A stretch of DNA of 57,841 nt, counting the filler, from Platydemus manokwari (taxonomy: Eukaryota), in assembly GCA_037951405.1 (NCBI GenBank). It is 5 parts of 5 records of this genome, joined end to end, with 100 filler letters (N's around TTAATTAATTAA, not from the genome) between each part and the next. Parts side by side here need not be neighbours in the genome. Positions count along the whole stretch, not along the records: positions 33,418 to 48,702 come from JBBMOY011309205.1; positions 48,803 to 57,841 come from JBBMOY011309538.1; 3 more parts are not named here. One strand, written 5' to 3'. Made by a program: the position numbers and the translations under genes. Positions within the stretch are counted from its first letter, which is position 1. Every line of letters starts with the position of its first letter. Positions 40,849-54,800 of the stretch are shown piece after piece. Under the pieces are notes generated by a model. The model did not search any database, was not told the DNA's origin, and saw nothing but the letters and a program-made list of their open reading frames with translations.

Positions 40849-40950
40849 CGGAAATCTGGAGCAAATTGATTCTGATTAACTTTGATCGATCACCATTAAC
40901 AATTCCGTGAATAAATTATTTTTCAATTTTTGTTATTTTAGTTCAATATA

Positions 40951-42420
40951 CAGTATTCCTCCTCCTAACTGCCACTTTTGGGGAATTCGAAAAATGTGGC
41001 TGTTAAGTGGAGTTTTTTTATAAGAAAAATAATAAAGAAGAACAATCAGTTTAATTTTTTATTTAATTATCATTTAATTGCTAATGTTCAAATACTTGTA
41101 TTGTTCTTCAAGGCTTCTCATACTTGATTCAGTACTTCAATAGCTTTAAAATCAAACATTTCGAGCTGGTCGAAGTATTTTTTCATTAATTAAATAGCAG
41201 AATACCATCCCTTTCTAGAAACACGCACAGCGTTATGAACGTCATTATTTGATGATTCTTTTTCATCATCTAATTTGTCATTATTTGTAAAAATTTCTTG
41301 AACTCTAATGTTTTCTTTCAGATTTTACTTTCAAATTTCTCTTCTAAATTACACCATCTTCAATAAAACCTAAATTAATAAATTCATATCGACCAAAAGG
41401 GTCAAGTATCCTTATCTTAGAAACAAATTCATTAAAATTATTAACACATTCTATTGAAAATTCCACACTTTCCTTATTGATCCATTTAGCATGACTAAAA
41501 CAGTTCAAAATTATTGAAGTTTGTATTTCATTCCAAGCAAGTGTTAAAAAATAATTGCGTCTGTCAGTGTTAATTGTTTACAAGCTTCGAATGTGGATTC
41601 TGCGTGGATTCTATTATTTCAATTATGTCATTTAATTTCTTACTAGTAAATTTTTTTTAAACATTTTTTTAAAACACCTTGGTCAAGTGGCTGTAATGAG
41701 CTGGTCGAACTAGGAGGGAGTAAAAATACCACAACAATAAATTTCAAGTTTACTGGTATTTATGAGGTGTGTTATCTATAATCAACAGAACCTTTTTTTT
41801 TCAATTTAATCAGTTTAAAATCTCAATTCAATAACCATTTATTTAAAATGTTATTGATCATCCACGCATTTGAAGAACTACAGTAGTTAACCAAAGAAGA
41901 ATAACAGAAACCTTTGAAACACCTTGGTTTCAAAAATTTACTTATAACATCCTGTTTTATTTATGACTTCATATTTACGCAAAACAAAACAGATATTCTA
42001 TTTTTCAATATTTTATAAACATTCCTAACATTTTTACATACTGATTTAGGTGAAAAAAGTTTGTAAAAGATGCATGTTTCATCAGCATTATAAACATTTT
42101 CAGGTCCCATATTCTTCAATTTTAGATTTAATTTCATTTACAAGATCTTCAGGCTGTATGATTGACATGGCATGTGATTCACCATGTAGATTCATTAACT
42201 TCAATATTTTTTCCTTAAAACTTCTTAACCACTCATTTGAGGAATTAAAATCTTGTATGTCATTTAAATCAACTATTTGAACTGCATTTTATTATATTAT
42301 CCCTGATGATACCACCTCTGCCTTCAAGTCTATCAACCAACAATTCTTTGTCTAAAATATTAAACTTGAAAACGGGAATTCTCCAAAAAATTTTGTGTAC
42401 AAGATCAGCATTAACGACAT
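40951..42420 (-). mobile_element. Decayed pogo/Tigger-like (Tc1/mariner superfamily) DNA transposon
   Basis: Minus-strand fragments with stops and frameshifts: FNSSNEWLRSF, HGES, PRCFKG, SNAWM, VLLIIDN, FLLPPSSTSSLQPLDQGV (DDE_1 motif, ~41675-41728). Terminus TA|CAGTATTCCTC at 40951 with a sub-terminal inverted motif (taactgccac...gtggctgtta). The other TIR was not found. Confidence 0.85.
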
Positions 42421-42425
42421 TTAGA

Positions 42426-42456
<31 letters not shown>

Positions 42457-45400
42457 GTACATGAGGCCACACAAAAAGTGTGCTATTAAATGACCTCCTC
42501 AAGCAAACCGAAAAACACAAAATGGTAATATTTTTTTATCATAATAAAACTAAGAATTTAAAATTATTTATCAAAATACAAAAATTATTGATTCCACGCT
42601 TATATAGAAAAAGCGCGGTATAGAAAAATATCTAGAAGTCGAAATATCGTTAAGTGAAATTGATGTGACCTATTTTGGAGGTGCCAAATATAATCGCGGA
42701 TGTTGATGACCAGATATCTGAATTGCTGGAGAACTGGAGAGATTTAATAAGAGGAATTGTTTCATATTTCTAGTTTGCAAACGAAACTCAGCAACTCTAG
42801 AAGCAATAAACACGAAGTAAATAGATTTTTTATATTTAAAATGATACTTTTATTCAATTGTATGTGGATTAAACCGGGATTCATAATATAAACTGATTGC
42901 TGGAGATTTTTTTTTACTTTCATCTAAAATTGAATTTTATGTAAAATTTCATTAAAATAAGATTACAAATAAATTTTAATATTAAATAATACATGAAAAA
43001 TAATTACCTTAATATTGGGTCAAAGAACTATTTTTCTTAACTTAAGCCATATTAATTTTTATTGTCTATTTATTTCAGATGAGACCTCTAAAATTCCACA
43101 CAACTTTACAAATATCATAATTATATCATATTATTTAGAAAAATCCAAAGAATCACAAAATTCGATTTAAATTAGTTTCAAAGCCCAAGTTTATATTATC
43201 CTTAAAAATCATCAATTAATGTTATTTCGAAATTTTTGTGTTCTATTTTGGTTCCGGTCCTAGCGTGGAGATTGTTTGTTTGGCATTTTGCTCTTATGAA
43301 TGCAATTTGGTTTTGTAATCAAATATATCTTTCTAGTAGTTAGGCGGCTTGTTCTATTTATTATCGCGCTTTAGGTGCAAATGGATTTGTTTTAGACATA
43401 TATTTTTTGCAGGATTTGTGATATTACAACTTATAATTAATTTTACTAAGTACAAATTTGGTTACATATTTTAATTTTTTGCATTTGGATACTATTAAGG
43501 CTTAGTTACTACAAATCCTAATCCACCCACTCACATCAGATATTTAAGAAATTAGGATATTTATCAATAATTAATTACCGCTTATACCTAAATTAATCGT
43601 GTGATTAGTGATTATGACCAAATTAATTTTATACTTGTATTAATCACAAGGTTAATTCAAGTATTAACGGTAATTAATTCTTGTTTAAGTACTTGTTAAA
43701 ATAATTCTTAAAAAAATAAATTATTAAAAATTTTAAAAACTCTTATTTACAAAATGATAAACATAAAATGCTGTGATTTAAAAGATTCATTAAGTTTGGT
43801 GACTGTCATCAGTTATAATAACGAGAAATTTGAGACTCTGACTATATTCCAAAAGAAGACATTAGGAAGTCGATATTATATTATGAAGAAATATAAATAT
43901 ATATATCATGGTAAAAATTTTATTATGGTTTTAGAATTTTAAAAGGACTGTCTTGTTATTGCCAACCATCGCATATCATAACTTGACTATGCTTACGACA
44001 GTTCTATAATTGAAAAAAGGGCTGATCTCCAAGAAATGAAAATAGAAAAGCTTACAAGATATGCTTATTTTCCTTGGCACAAACTCTCATCTACTAATGC
44101 ATTTATCCATAGTAAAGTCATCTTTCTTATGAATAATCATTACATATGTTTCTGAAAATATATAGTCTTTTCAGTAAACAGCTATAACTTATACTTGATG
44201 TTCCTAAATTCTGTTTCTCAAATTATCTTTATTCATGTAAGTCAAATTTCGCTTGACTGGTTAAACTACCAATTAAAATAAATCGATAGTAGAAATCCGC
44301 AGTAGTGGTGGCGGAGTAAAAATATGCTGAAGGTGTCAAGTATGCAAGAAACTTACCACCTCTATTTCACTGATTCTTTTTAGTAGTTTAATATTTTCTG
44401 ACGTCTTCCAAATACTTCTGTTTAGAAAATTCTTGCGAGAGGAATTTCAAAAATTAAAGAAGACTTCTTTTCTAGTGAGAAGACTGGTGGATGAAGATTT
44501 TAAACTCGGTCGAGAAGACTGTAAAACCGACAATGAAGAAAATTGCAATCTTATAATCTTCAGAAATACTCAGTTCCTTATTTTGGCAAGTTCAAATTTT
44601 GGAATCTTAAATTTCAAATGTTATCATGAAATTCAATGTGTATTAAACAAATAATTTTTATTACATCCTTGACATTCGAGTAAGTAGACATTTGTATTTC
44701 CATATCGAAGAATAATTTATCAGTATTGCGAATTTTATTTTCAGTTTTAAAACATTTGATCCACTAAAAAGTGAAAAGATAAATCAGAAATTATTTAACA
44801 CTTTAAATAAATCCTGTGACGTATATGAAGATGTGAGAACAATATGTAATCACAGCAAGCGCCCAGACCAAAGTGATGAGTCATAATGAGGTTAACTGAC
44901 GTTTTGAAGCAGAGGATTTGAATTTATATCCGAAACTGATTAGTGGAAGTTATTGTGGAACCCATCTAAAGATGGGCTGCGTATAAGTCCTACAGATCAT
45001 GAGAAACAAGTAGAAAAAACTATAGAAATTTAATTTTCTTTCGACCATATTTCTGAAAAATTGTTTCGCACACTAATAGCAGTTTATTGTTAATTTTCCT
45101 TATAACTGAAGACATATTTTCAATTTATGTCTACGTGAATTTATGACTTGAATAAGTACCACTATTATTTAATTTTATTATTCCACAATCTAAAGTATAT
45201 ATTAAATTCAAATTTCTGAACTCATTGCAATTGCTGAGTTTGTGCATACCCCTATTTGACTCCTCACTATATAACGGGTTCTCATCGATAATAAAACACA
45301 ACCTCTCTGACTAAACATATATTTTTGTATAACAGTATGTACAGTTTCACTTAGGTACAACCCCAAAATATTAATTAAATGTTATTAACTCTGGTCTACA

Positions 45401-48400
45401 CTACTTCATGTCCCTTCAATTTATGCACCAGTGCTATTTATACTCCTTCTGGCTCTATTACGAAACTCTTAATAATTGATGCAGTTACTATGATGACCAA
45501 ATACCAACAATTGTAATAGATGTTCTTTAAATTATGCAATAATAAATGTGACACAAAAAAGTATAATGTTTTTCCTCAATTATCGATTGAACACGGCCAT
45601 CGGTAATATCTGACGATCAGAATTTGTTCTGATTATCATCCAAGTAATTCATTTTTTTATTTTCTTTATGATCCCCTGTACTAGCAAGTCTTTTGATTCT
45701 TTTGATTTTAAATTTTATTTTAAAAATTTTACAACTTTATCATGATCAGGTGGTTTACGAAAGGATTTTCACATATATCCTTGGATTTCACGATTCCAAA
45801 TTTGGCGCGGAGTTTTATTAACAAAACTATAAAAAATGAGATGGTGTTGATGTGGACGTGTGGTCTTCAAATCCATAAAATTATTTTTATTTTTTATTAT
45901 ATTTTTTAAAATTTTTATTTTGTTATAAAGAATTAATCACAATGTTTTGATTGCTGAGACGTTTCTCAAGCATGAATGAAACCATTGGTTCAGAATTCTC
46001 TGAAAACAGAACAGCGAGAGTTTGTATATTTTTATAAAAGTGAACACACCATTCAATTAATCGACAAAAATAGTTTCTTTGTTTATTTTAATCAAAAATT
46101 TATATTTATTTTACAAACAATTTAAAAGTTTTTCAAATAATCGTTGCCCCAAATTAATCCCATCATCTAAGTATGGAGTCGGTTTTAGTTTATATATTAC
46201 CAAAGCTGATCGCTATTTTCTTGATCTCATTGCTTACTAAGATGAATACACTTAATTACGATCTAAAATCTTTATACATTCTGGAAGTTTGCGATGGCAT
46301 TAGAAAATTTTCCCGATTATGCTTCTAAAAGTATTTTAAGAACGACAAATATAAAAGAAAAATGTCAAACCAATAAATACATAAGACCGATTTAAATTTT
46401 ATTCATTAACCCATCGCGGCATTTTAATGATGAATTCTCAATGAATAAAATGAAATATTCTTAACAGACACTATATTATATTAGTGATTATGGTTATTTT
46501 CATTTTTCTTTCGCTCCAGTGAAGTTGTGTGTGGTTGAATGAAAAGGATTAAGTATTTTGGCTCTTCCAAATATTACTTGTTGTTGGTGAAATTTACTAA
46601 TGTATTTCCCAAACGAACATTTAGACCATGAAATTTAGTTCGACACGCTCTAAATGGCAATGATTTTAGTAGATGTCTAATTATAATATTTATGTTTTTT
46701 TGAGCTTTTTGTTTCTTTTGTGATTTCTCTTTTCCCATTCAGTGACAGGATTGAAAAATGTTAACAGGTTTGTCAAAATCTATTTTATATTAATTGATAT
46801 GAATTGTTTTACCAATCCAGATTTACACTTTCATTGTTTAAATTTAACTGTTGACAAAGTCTTTCCTACGGAATTTTGGCGAAATGAAATTTTGGTACGG
46901 AAGCTTTATATTTTCAAGAGAATTCCAGTGTTTATAAGTGTACACACCTTATCAAGTGAGACCGTGTAAAGGATGAAAATTCAAAATGACACCCTATTAA
47001 AAATCCGAATATATTGTAACCAATTCAGCTTAATTATTCAGGGTTTATGAAATCTATTTTGTTGTTTCCCCTTGATTCTGTTGTACTACTATTGGCAATT
47101 CCAACAGGTAGTCAATCAATTAACTGATTTTGTGGTCTTTCAGCATCAATCTCATCAGATATGCGTACGAATAATCTATTCGATATTTCGCTCATTGGTA
47201 AATTCGAACACTCAATCATTTCATTCACGATCCCTCAATCGCTTACCGTGGTCATCGATTGTGCTTGTATTTCGATTGAATACCACCATGTCTCTCAATA
47301 ATAATGATTATTATCATCTGTTAACTTAATATTTTCCTATCCCACAATAAATAAATTGATAAACTCTCCATTATGCAACCCAAATATATTTTTCAATCAA
47401 TAAGTCTGGAATATTTAAGAATGTGTTTGAAAAAATATTAGCGAAAAGTTTCTCAATCTCATTCGATTTCTCAAATCGATATTTTGTACTTGGTTTTTTG
47501 CGCGCATTAACAAGAATCGTTCGTTAAAAGCTAGCAAGATTAAAGCCACGCTTTGACATAATCAGAGCTTATGAATTTCTCTTCTCAAAATAACAGAAAC
47601 TCTTTGAAGATCTAGCAATGCAATAAGTTTCCATCGAATCACTATTTCACATGTGTTCGATTACCAGCATCTATCTCAAGACAATTCTCTACCAGAACAG
47701 CTCATTGTTTTTTGTTCTTTGAGAAGTCGACAATCATTGACATCAGACGACTTTGAGACATATGGATCGGTTCCCAAGACTCAATGAATTGATTTGATAC
47801 TGTGAATTAGTTGATATATGTGTTGTATTAATTAATATGAGGATGATTCTTTGAGGGTGATATCTAATCTATTTGACAATTCTCTCAACATCTGTATCTC
47901 AAACCACGTTACAATTTGCATTAAACTATTAATGGTATTATATTTCAATAAAAGCTTAATTGGTTTAATTACTAATTAATTTATTAATTAAATTGAAAAT
48001 AAAATTACTTCAATACTTTTGTTTATTATTTTTTAAAATTCATTTTACATGTAATTTCGATTTCTTTCTCATCTCTTAAATAATTATATTTTTTTTATCA
48101 ACTCAATCCGTACAAGACAAAATTACTTTCTTCATATTACTTACTAATGAATCACTAATTTCGTTATTGCTTCATTTTACGATGAATTACTGACAAAAAT
48201 GTATGAAAAGACCTAATGGGATGAGGTCCCAAAGAATGCATATATTGTTGTATTGCGTTCGTTTAAATGTAAATTCTTTGTTTATAATAAATAATAATGA
48301 ATGTTACATGTTATCACAAATTACTGATATACTTGTTCTCTCTCATCAATCCCATCTCTAATTTACCTCGTACTTTACAATTCAGTTCACTCAAGTAATG

Positions 48401-48702
48401 CTTTCAACTTGATCAGCTTATTCTCTTATCGATTTCGATACGTTTCATATTACGTTTGCAAATTCAACTTCTCTGTCAATTCGCGATCAAGTGGATTTTT
48501 TTCTTTTTTTTCTTTCGATGTTGATTTTTTTTGTAATACAATTAATTAATTTTTGATTTTCTTTCAGTATAAAATTTAACAATTATTTTCATTAATATTT
48601 TGTGAATTGTTGGGTCACTGATAAATCTGTCAGTAGATTTTAATTTTTTATTAAATTAATTTTTTCTCGTCATTTGTATAGTTTTTAAATATAAATGGTA
48701 AA

Positions 48703-48802
48703 NNNNNNNNNNNNNNNNNNNNNNNNNNNNNNNNNNNNNNNNNNNNTTAATTAATTAANNNNNNNNNNNNNNNNNNNNNNNNNNNNNNNNNNNNNNNNNN
48801 NN
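48703..48802. other. Artificial contig linker N44-TTAATTAATTAA-N44
   Basis: Same structure as the first linker. Confidence 0.95.
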
Positions 48803-49899
48803 ATGATTTATACGTTTTTATACATTTTACTGTTAAATTAAGTTTACATTATTTTTCCAAATAAAAGAAAATCCAGGGTCTTAGAGATTATGATAATTTT
48901 TAAAATAAAATTTTTAAAATAAGTTTTATTAAATAGAATACTATTAGCAACAATAACAATAATAATAAAAATAAATATTGATGGTATTGATATTAAGTTA
49001 TTTAAATTTAATTTGCTAATAATATTTGAAATTCAATTACATATATAATCTTGATTTTATTATCAAAATTATCTATCAATTTAAAAAAAATCACAAGCCA
49101 AATTTAAATATAATACCATTTAAAATTGAAAATAATTTCATTACCTTTTGCATTGGTTGACTGACTGTCAAAGTTGATAAAAGAATAAATCTGATCATCC
49201 GAATATATATTATAAAAACAAACCAATCATCTGTAAATCATAAATCGATTTGCAACTGCGTAAAAATAGCATAACCAAAGCCATTATAAGAAATGAAGTA
49301 TTTTATCTTGTACTCTTACGTTTTTTATGCCTTTTATTGGATTTTATTCTTTCATTGGTGTATTAAGATTAACAAACAAAGAGAGATAAAATAATGACAA
49401 AATTGTTGCAGCTATCTAGAAATCTTTTAAATTTTTATCAATGTCGATTAAATTCAAATATATTTAAAACCAAAATAAAAATATAACACATTTCTTTTGA
49501 TAAACGTTGTCCTGAAATACTCACTTCGCTAACAAGATTGAGATTTTGTTTTCTTTATTTAACGTATTATATTTATTTGTATATAACAGAATCTAATTAT
49601 GATAAACAAATTGTTACGATCCATTGTAAATTATTATTCAGTAATTATTGTGGAAAAAGACCTTTAAGTTATTGCGATAATAACTATTTGGGCCAAACAG
49701 TTCTAGCTTTGTTCAAGCTCTTACACCAGCTTCTACATTGAAATTTAGCGATTTAAAATTAAAAGGTAACTATAATTTTGAAATACTCTGTATAATAATT
49801 ATCATTATATATATACACACATACATATATAATCCTTTCTTCACTTTTTACTTAAAAATCGATGTGTCTATGAAATTAATAATTTGTTGTGTCTTGGTT

Positions 49900-51830
49900 T
49901 TATTGAATCTGGGAAGTTGATGTCCAATTGACATGCCGATCATGAAATTCTTGTATTTCGAATAGTTCTTTTTTATACATATATTTTATCTTCAATCTAA
50001 AAATTGTGATTCCCCTTTCACCTTTGTCAATCAACGCAATATTCCAAGTTGACTTATCCGAACCTCTTCACATGTTCTTTGGCTGTCTCTAGATAGTATT
50101 TTCGTATTTAATTTCTGCAAATTTATATTACGCCTAGAAGTCACTTTAAATGAGGAGAATCTGGTAGTGTTTTGCGACAGGTATCTTTTAAATGTTGACT
50201 TTTGAAGTGTTAAAACATTCTTATCGGTCACAGTGCTCGTTGCCTTTTCAATTCGATATTTTCAGGAATTCAGAATGACATTGAAAGTTGCCTTCTCGTG
50301 CTTTTTGAAAATCTCAGTTAATTTTATCGGTTAGCTGAACTTATCAATGATGATCAATAAGTATGTTTAATTTGAATGAATCTAGTGAACAATATCTCTC
50401 ACTATTTCTTACAGAATGTTAGAGCTTCTTCGATCTTTTTGTGTTACCTTTATCCATCTATATGTTTGCACAAACAAAACAGATTTTATTGACACCTTTA
50501 ATGGCTGGCCATTAAAACCTATTTTCTAAATATGCAAAAATTTCTTACTCCCATGATGACATAATTTCTGATGTATGTGCTTGACCAATTGTGTTGCTTA
50601 GTATCTTACTACAGCAGAGTCATTATTATGATTTCTATTTTCTGCAACCATTCTCTTCAAAATGTATCTCATCTTTGATTTTCTCTACAGAATTACTTGT
50701 CCAAAATTCTTAATTCTTCTGTAATTATCTTTATTATGATTCTATCTCGATACTTTCAATAAAAAATCGTTTCTCTCTAATTTGTGCTATGTATCTAGTC
50801 TTCAATTTGTCTACTTTTTCGCTAAGAACATAATGGTTCGCCAATCCTTCACATATCAATTGCATTACTGAGATGCTTTATTCTTCGATACTGTGGTTCA
50901 AAAGTGTAATCATTTTGACTAGCCATCCATGTCTGGAATTAAAAGCTAATTGGCTTCTTTGTTGTACTCAAGATAGCCAATGCCTTGTAATTTGCTATAT
51001 CGATGAAACTCTCCATATCAAATAATTGTCTGAAATAAACAACAAATTTGTGAATAACTAGAGTCTTTTCCCGATTTGTCAGAACGCTGGTCCCATAAAT
51101 TATGTGACTTTACTGAGATTCAATTTCACTAAAACTAAGGTCTGAATAAATCACAAATAACTGCTTTTCATGAATACGATCAAAATTGGTGCTTTGTTTA
51201 TTTCATTCTTCAATACAAAAGATTCTTCTTACAAACTCTAATCAAGTATAGAGGCTTTTCACTTTCTGAAATCGTGGTGTACAAAGACGTTGCTAGCTTG
51301 GGATAATTTTTAATAAATCTTAACAATAATTTCCGACTTCAAATTTGTTCTACATTATGATTCATCATCTTCCAGGATTTATATAATTTTTGTCCAAGCT
51401 ACTTTTGATACAATCACCTAAAATCTCCATTGTTGAAGAAACTACATTCAATCTTCAGATTACGGCATGTTTTTTGATACATTTGCAAGTGCCTCTTTAA
51501 ACTCTTCGAGTCATCCTTGCATATTTCTAATATATCTCTAGTTAATATATACCCTAGTGACTCAATTCCACTGACAAGACAATAGTAAGGGCTTGATGCA
51601 AGTTTTTTCTTATAATTCATCCAAATATTTTGCTTAATTTTCATCATGGATGTATTTCATCCATAAATTTCCTTCTTTTCTTAATGTCCTGCATTTACCT
51701 CTCAATAGTAAATTTATCTTTCAAAGGCCCAAAACGATATGTTATCTCCCATACAGTCATTGTAGAATTTTGTGAAGCTTGCTTTTATCTACTCATTTGA
51801 TCTCATTTCTTTCTAAGATCTTTCGATTAA
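49900..51830 (-). mobile_element. Degenerate Ty3/gypsy LTR-retrotransposon pol remnant (RT, RNase H, integrase order)
   Basis: Minus-strand fragments: IESLGYILT (end of RT); QTWMASQNDYTFEPQYRRIKHLSNA (end of RNase H, cf. RWxxxLQEYDFEIxYRPG..NADALSR); HIHQKLCHHG and WPAIKGVNKICFVC (HHCC); YLLIIIDKFS (rve core). Many stops; boundaries approximate. Confidence 0.75.
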
Positions 51831-54299
51831 TTATCGTACATGATGTGGTTTCGAGTCATTTCGTTAGAATAAACATTTTAAATAAACAATTATTTGTTTA
51901 TAGCACAGCCTTATAAATCTTGTTAATATTCTTAAATTTAAATCGTAAACATTCAGAAAAATAAACTAAATTGTTTATTTTAGTAATAATATTTGATTAA
52001 TTAAAAAGGATATAACGAAATATTTGTTGTATTTTATTTAATGATTGTGTTGAAATTTGCGAATATGTTTTATAATGATGGTAAAAATGCAGTGCAATTA
52101 AAATATTAATTGTTAAAACATGTTTATTTATTTAAAATTCTCAGAAAATCAAAGTGATAGCAACTCAAATATTTTATTAAATTATTTCAAATTAATTAAG
52201 CAGAAGGGAAACTATTCAACTTCTATAAAAGATAATTTAAGCAATTAATTACCCGGATAAATCACCCAATAACAATTAAAAATTAGCCATTTTTCGATAA
52301 ATAAAGACGGAATAAAATTTAAACAGTTCATAGTTCAATAAAAAACCAGTAATTTAGGTAGACCCTAAAACGCCCTTATTCAAAAACCGCCACGTTCTCA
52401 TGGTATATCAAGTCTTTATCAAATGCACCAATTACCTTAAATAATATAGCCATAAATGCCCCAAACACGTCAAACAACAATGAGAGAATAGAGCTTGACC
52501 AAGACGGAAACTGGGATGGAGCGGTTTATCGTGGGGATAAGCCCGAAAAGGTTGGCCGGAGCGAGCCAAAAGAGATAATCAAAACAGAGCCGATAATCCC
52601 AGAAGATCCAAGAATGAACACATCAAAATGGTGGGAGCTACTTAAGCGTGTAGACATGGACGAGGAATATGACCTCAGGTATCTGTAAAAAAAAGTACAA
52701 ATAAGCACCAAAAATCATAAATCTTTGCTCATAAAAATCTAGGCTCACAAAATCTTAGAGATAAAAAGATTAATTCCGAAACAGAAAAAACTGCGGACCA
52801 CTACACTTGTATCAAGAAGACGAATTCACAAGCTCCGGAAGGCTCATAAACTTCAACTCCAAAATAATTGGCAATATTGGATATTGTATTCGAACAGAAC
52901 AATTTCGAAGGTGCGACACTTGAAAAAGTTGAACTAATTGTATTTTAAAATCTACATCTTTTAAAATCAGTATCTATAAGGTCGTTTCGTTAAATTCGAA
53001 TCGGCCACTCCTAAACCATAATCTGCGAGAGTTAAAATCTTGGTTGTTTGAAAATAAATAAATTGAGTGTTGGACCGGTTTATTAATTGTATAAATTAAT
53101 TGTCAGTTGTAAATTGTCAAGAAATATTTGTATTTGTTATGGTTTTCAAAAGTGGATTATTTTCAACGAATTGTCTTTATTTTTGATTTATTATAATTGT
53201 TTTTGAATTCAAATAATAAATAGTTGTTATCATAATCAATATTTGTTTCGAAATAAATAGTTAATATACAATATACTGATATTCCATAGGGTTAGTTTGA
53301 ATTTAAGTCAGATTAACCTCACCGAACTCACTTGTGTTGGGAATACTACCTCATAAGACCCGAAAACCAACACATGGTTAAAATAAATAAATATATAAAA
53401 GGGGGTTAATTATTAGTTTAAAAGAAAATTGCAAATATCAGAAATAAGATAAAATAAATAAGTATACAATAAGGTCAATTAATTAATGACAATAATTAAA
53501 TATTTAGCATAATTTGTTAAATGATAAGAACAACCAATCGCGTAAACATAGGCGTAAGGACGTAAGCACCTATAAATACGGTGGTGAGATTCAGTCAAAC
53601 CACCACTAATAATCGATCAACGAACAACAAACTGAAACTGAACCAAGCCAAAGAAATTAAGTTTTGTCCATTTTGACAAACGCAAACGCGGATTAGCATC
53701 AATACTATTTTTCTTTGACATCATAAACTAGGACAATAGTAAGGATTCGTTTATTTTTTGTAAAATATTACTTCTCATTTATGATCATTAGTAATTTATT
53801 AACCATTTAAATTAGTGCGTCGATAATTAACATCTACTAACTTTAGTAAACTCTGCTTCGTCCGTTTTACGGATTCGTGGTTAATTACTTAGGCAAGGTA
53901 CTATCCATTTGACTTATTTCTTTTGTATTCATTCATATTAATTGTTGTTTTTGTATTTTCTTAAAAAAATATTATCACATCGTTGATAATTGCTACGAAA
54001 TGTATTTTTAAGGCGTGAATTTGGGGAATATTATTGTTTGTGCCAAATCTGGGCAGTCATTCATAATTCAATCATTTCAGGCCAGAGCAGTATCAGTTCC
54101 TCTGTCCAAAAGACCTTTTATTAACTTAGCTAAATTTCCAGTAATTCGGTCTTCATACCAATTAATGAAGCCCCTGCGAACCTTAATATTTAACCTCGAT
54201 CATTAATCTATAAATTTGTGTAATATATCTAAAGTTAAATGAATTAATGTTATCTGGTAAATAATTCGACCTCCCAATCAATCTATCAAAATTCCTTTA

Positions 54300-54800
54300 T
54301 TACCTTTTCTATTAAAACTCGGTGGTCTTACATTGACTTCTGCACTACTCGATTTCGGTGTTCAAAGAATCATCTGTTCTTTTCCATTCTTAACTGGTTA
54401 TAAACTTAAATTCCATCACTTTGTCATAACAAAATTTGAAATATCTTCGAATACCAACATTTTTCTACTTCAAATCAGTGAAAAACTTCATTCTGTTAAA
54501 CATCCCAACTACACTTTGTGGTCCAAAAATCGTTTTTCTCCTCTCACATTCAGACAAGAAAACATTAGTAGCATTTTCTATCATAAGAATTGTCAAATTT
54601 TATTTAACAATGTTCTTGGAGGTAAAGATTCTTATTTCTTCTCTTTGATTTCTAATATCATTCACAACTCCATACAAATGTCCTTCTTTGATGAATGGTT
54701 AAAACTCCAAATACAATGAAGACTCATTCCACTGCATGTCTATTTACAATGACAATATGGCAATCAAAAACTGTCAATCGCATCCTGTAGTTGGGATATT
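54300..54800 (-). mobile_element. Possible integrase C-terminal remnant of an LTR retroelement
   Basis: Minus-strand purine-rich decayed coding with FGP..V and a terminal ..VRPP segment resembling gypsy integrase tails. Weak. Confidence 0.3.

Noticed and set aside
47042-47321. Possible further TDG exons after the polyQ exon
   Set aside because: Phase-compatible sites exist, but one option needs a 36-nt intron and the translations lack homology or compositional support.
54333-54719. 128-aa plus-strand ORF
   Set aside because: Non-ATG start and F/I/S-rich composition typical of the antisense of decayed purine-rich TE coding sequence.
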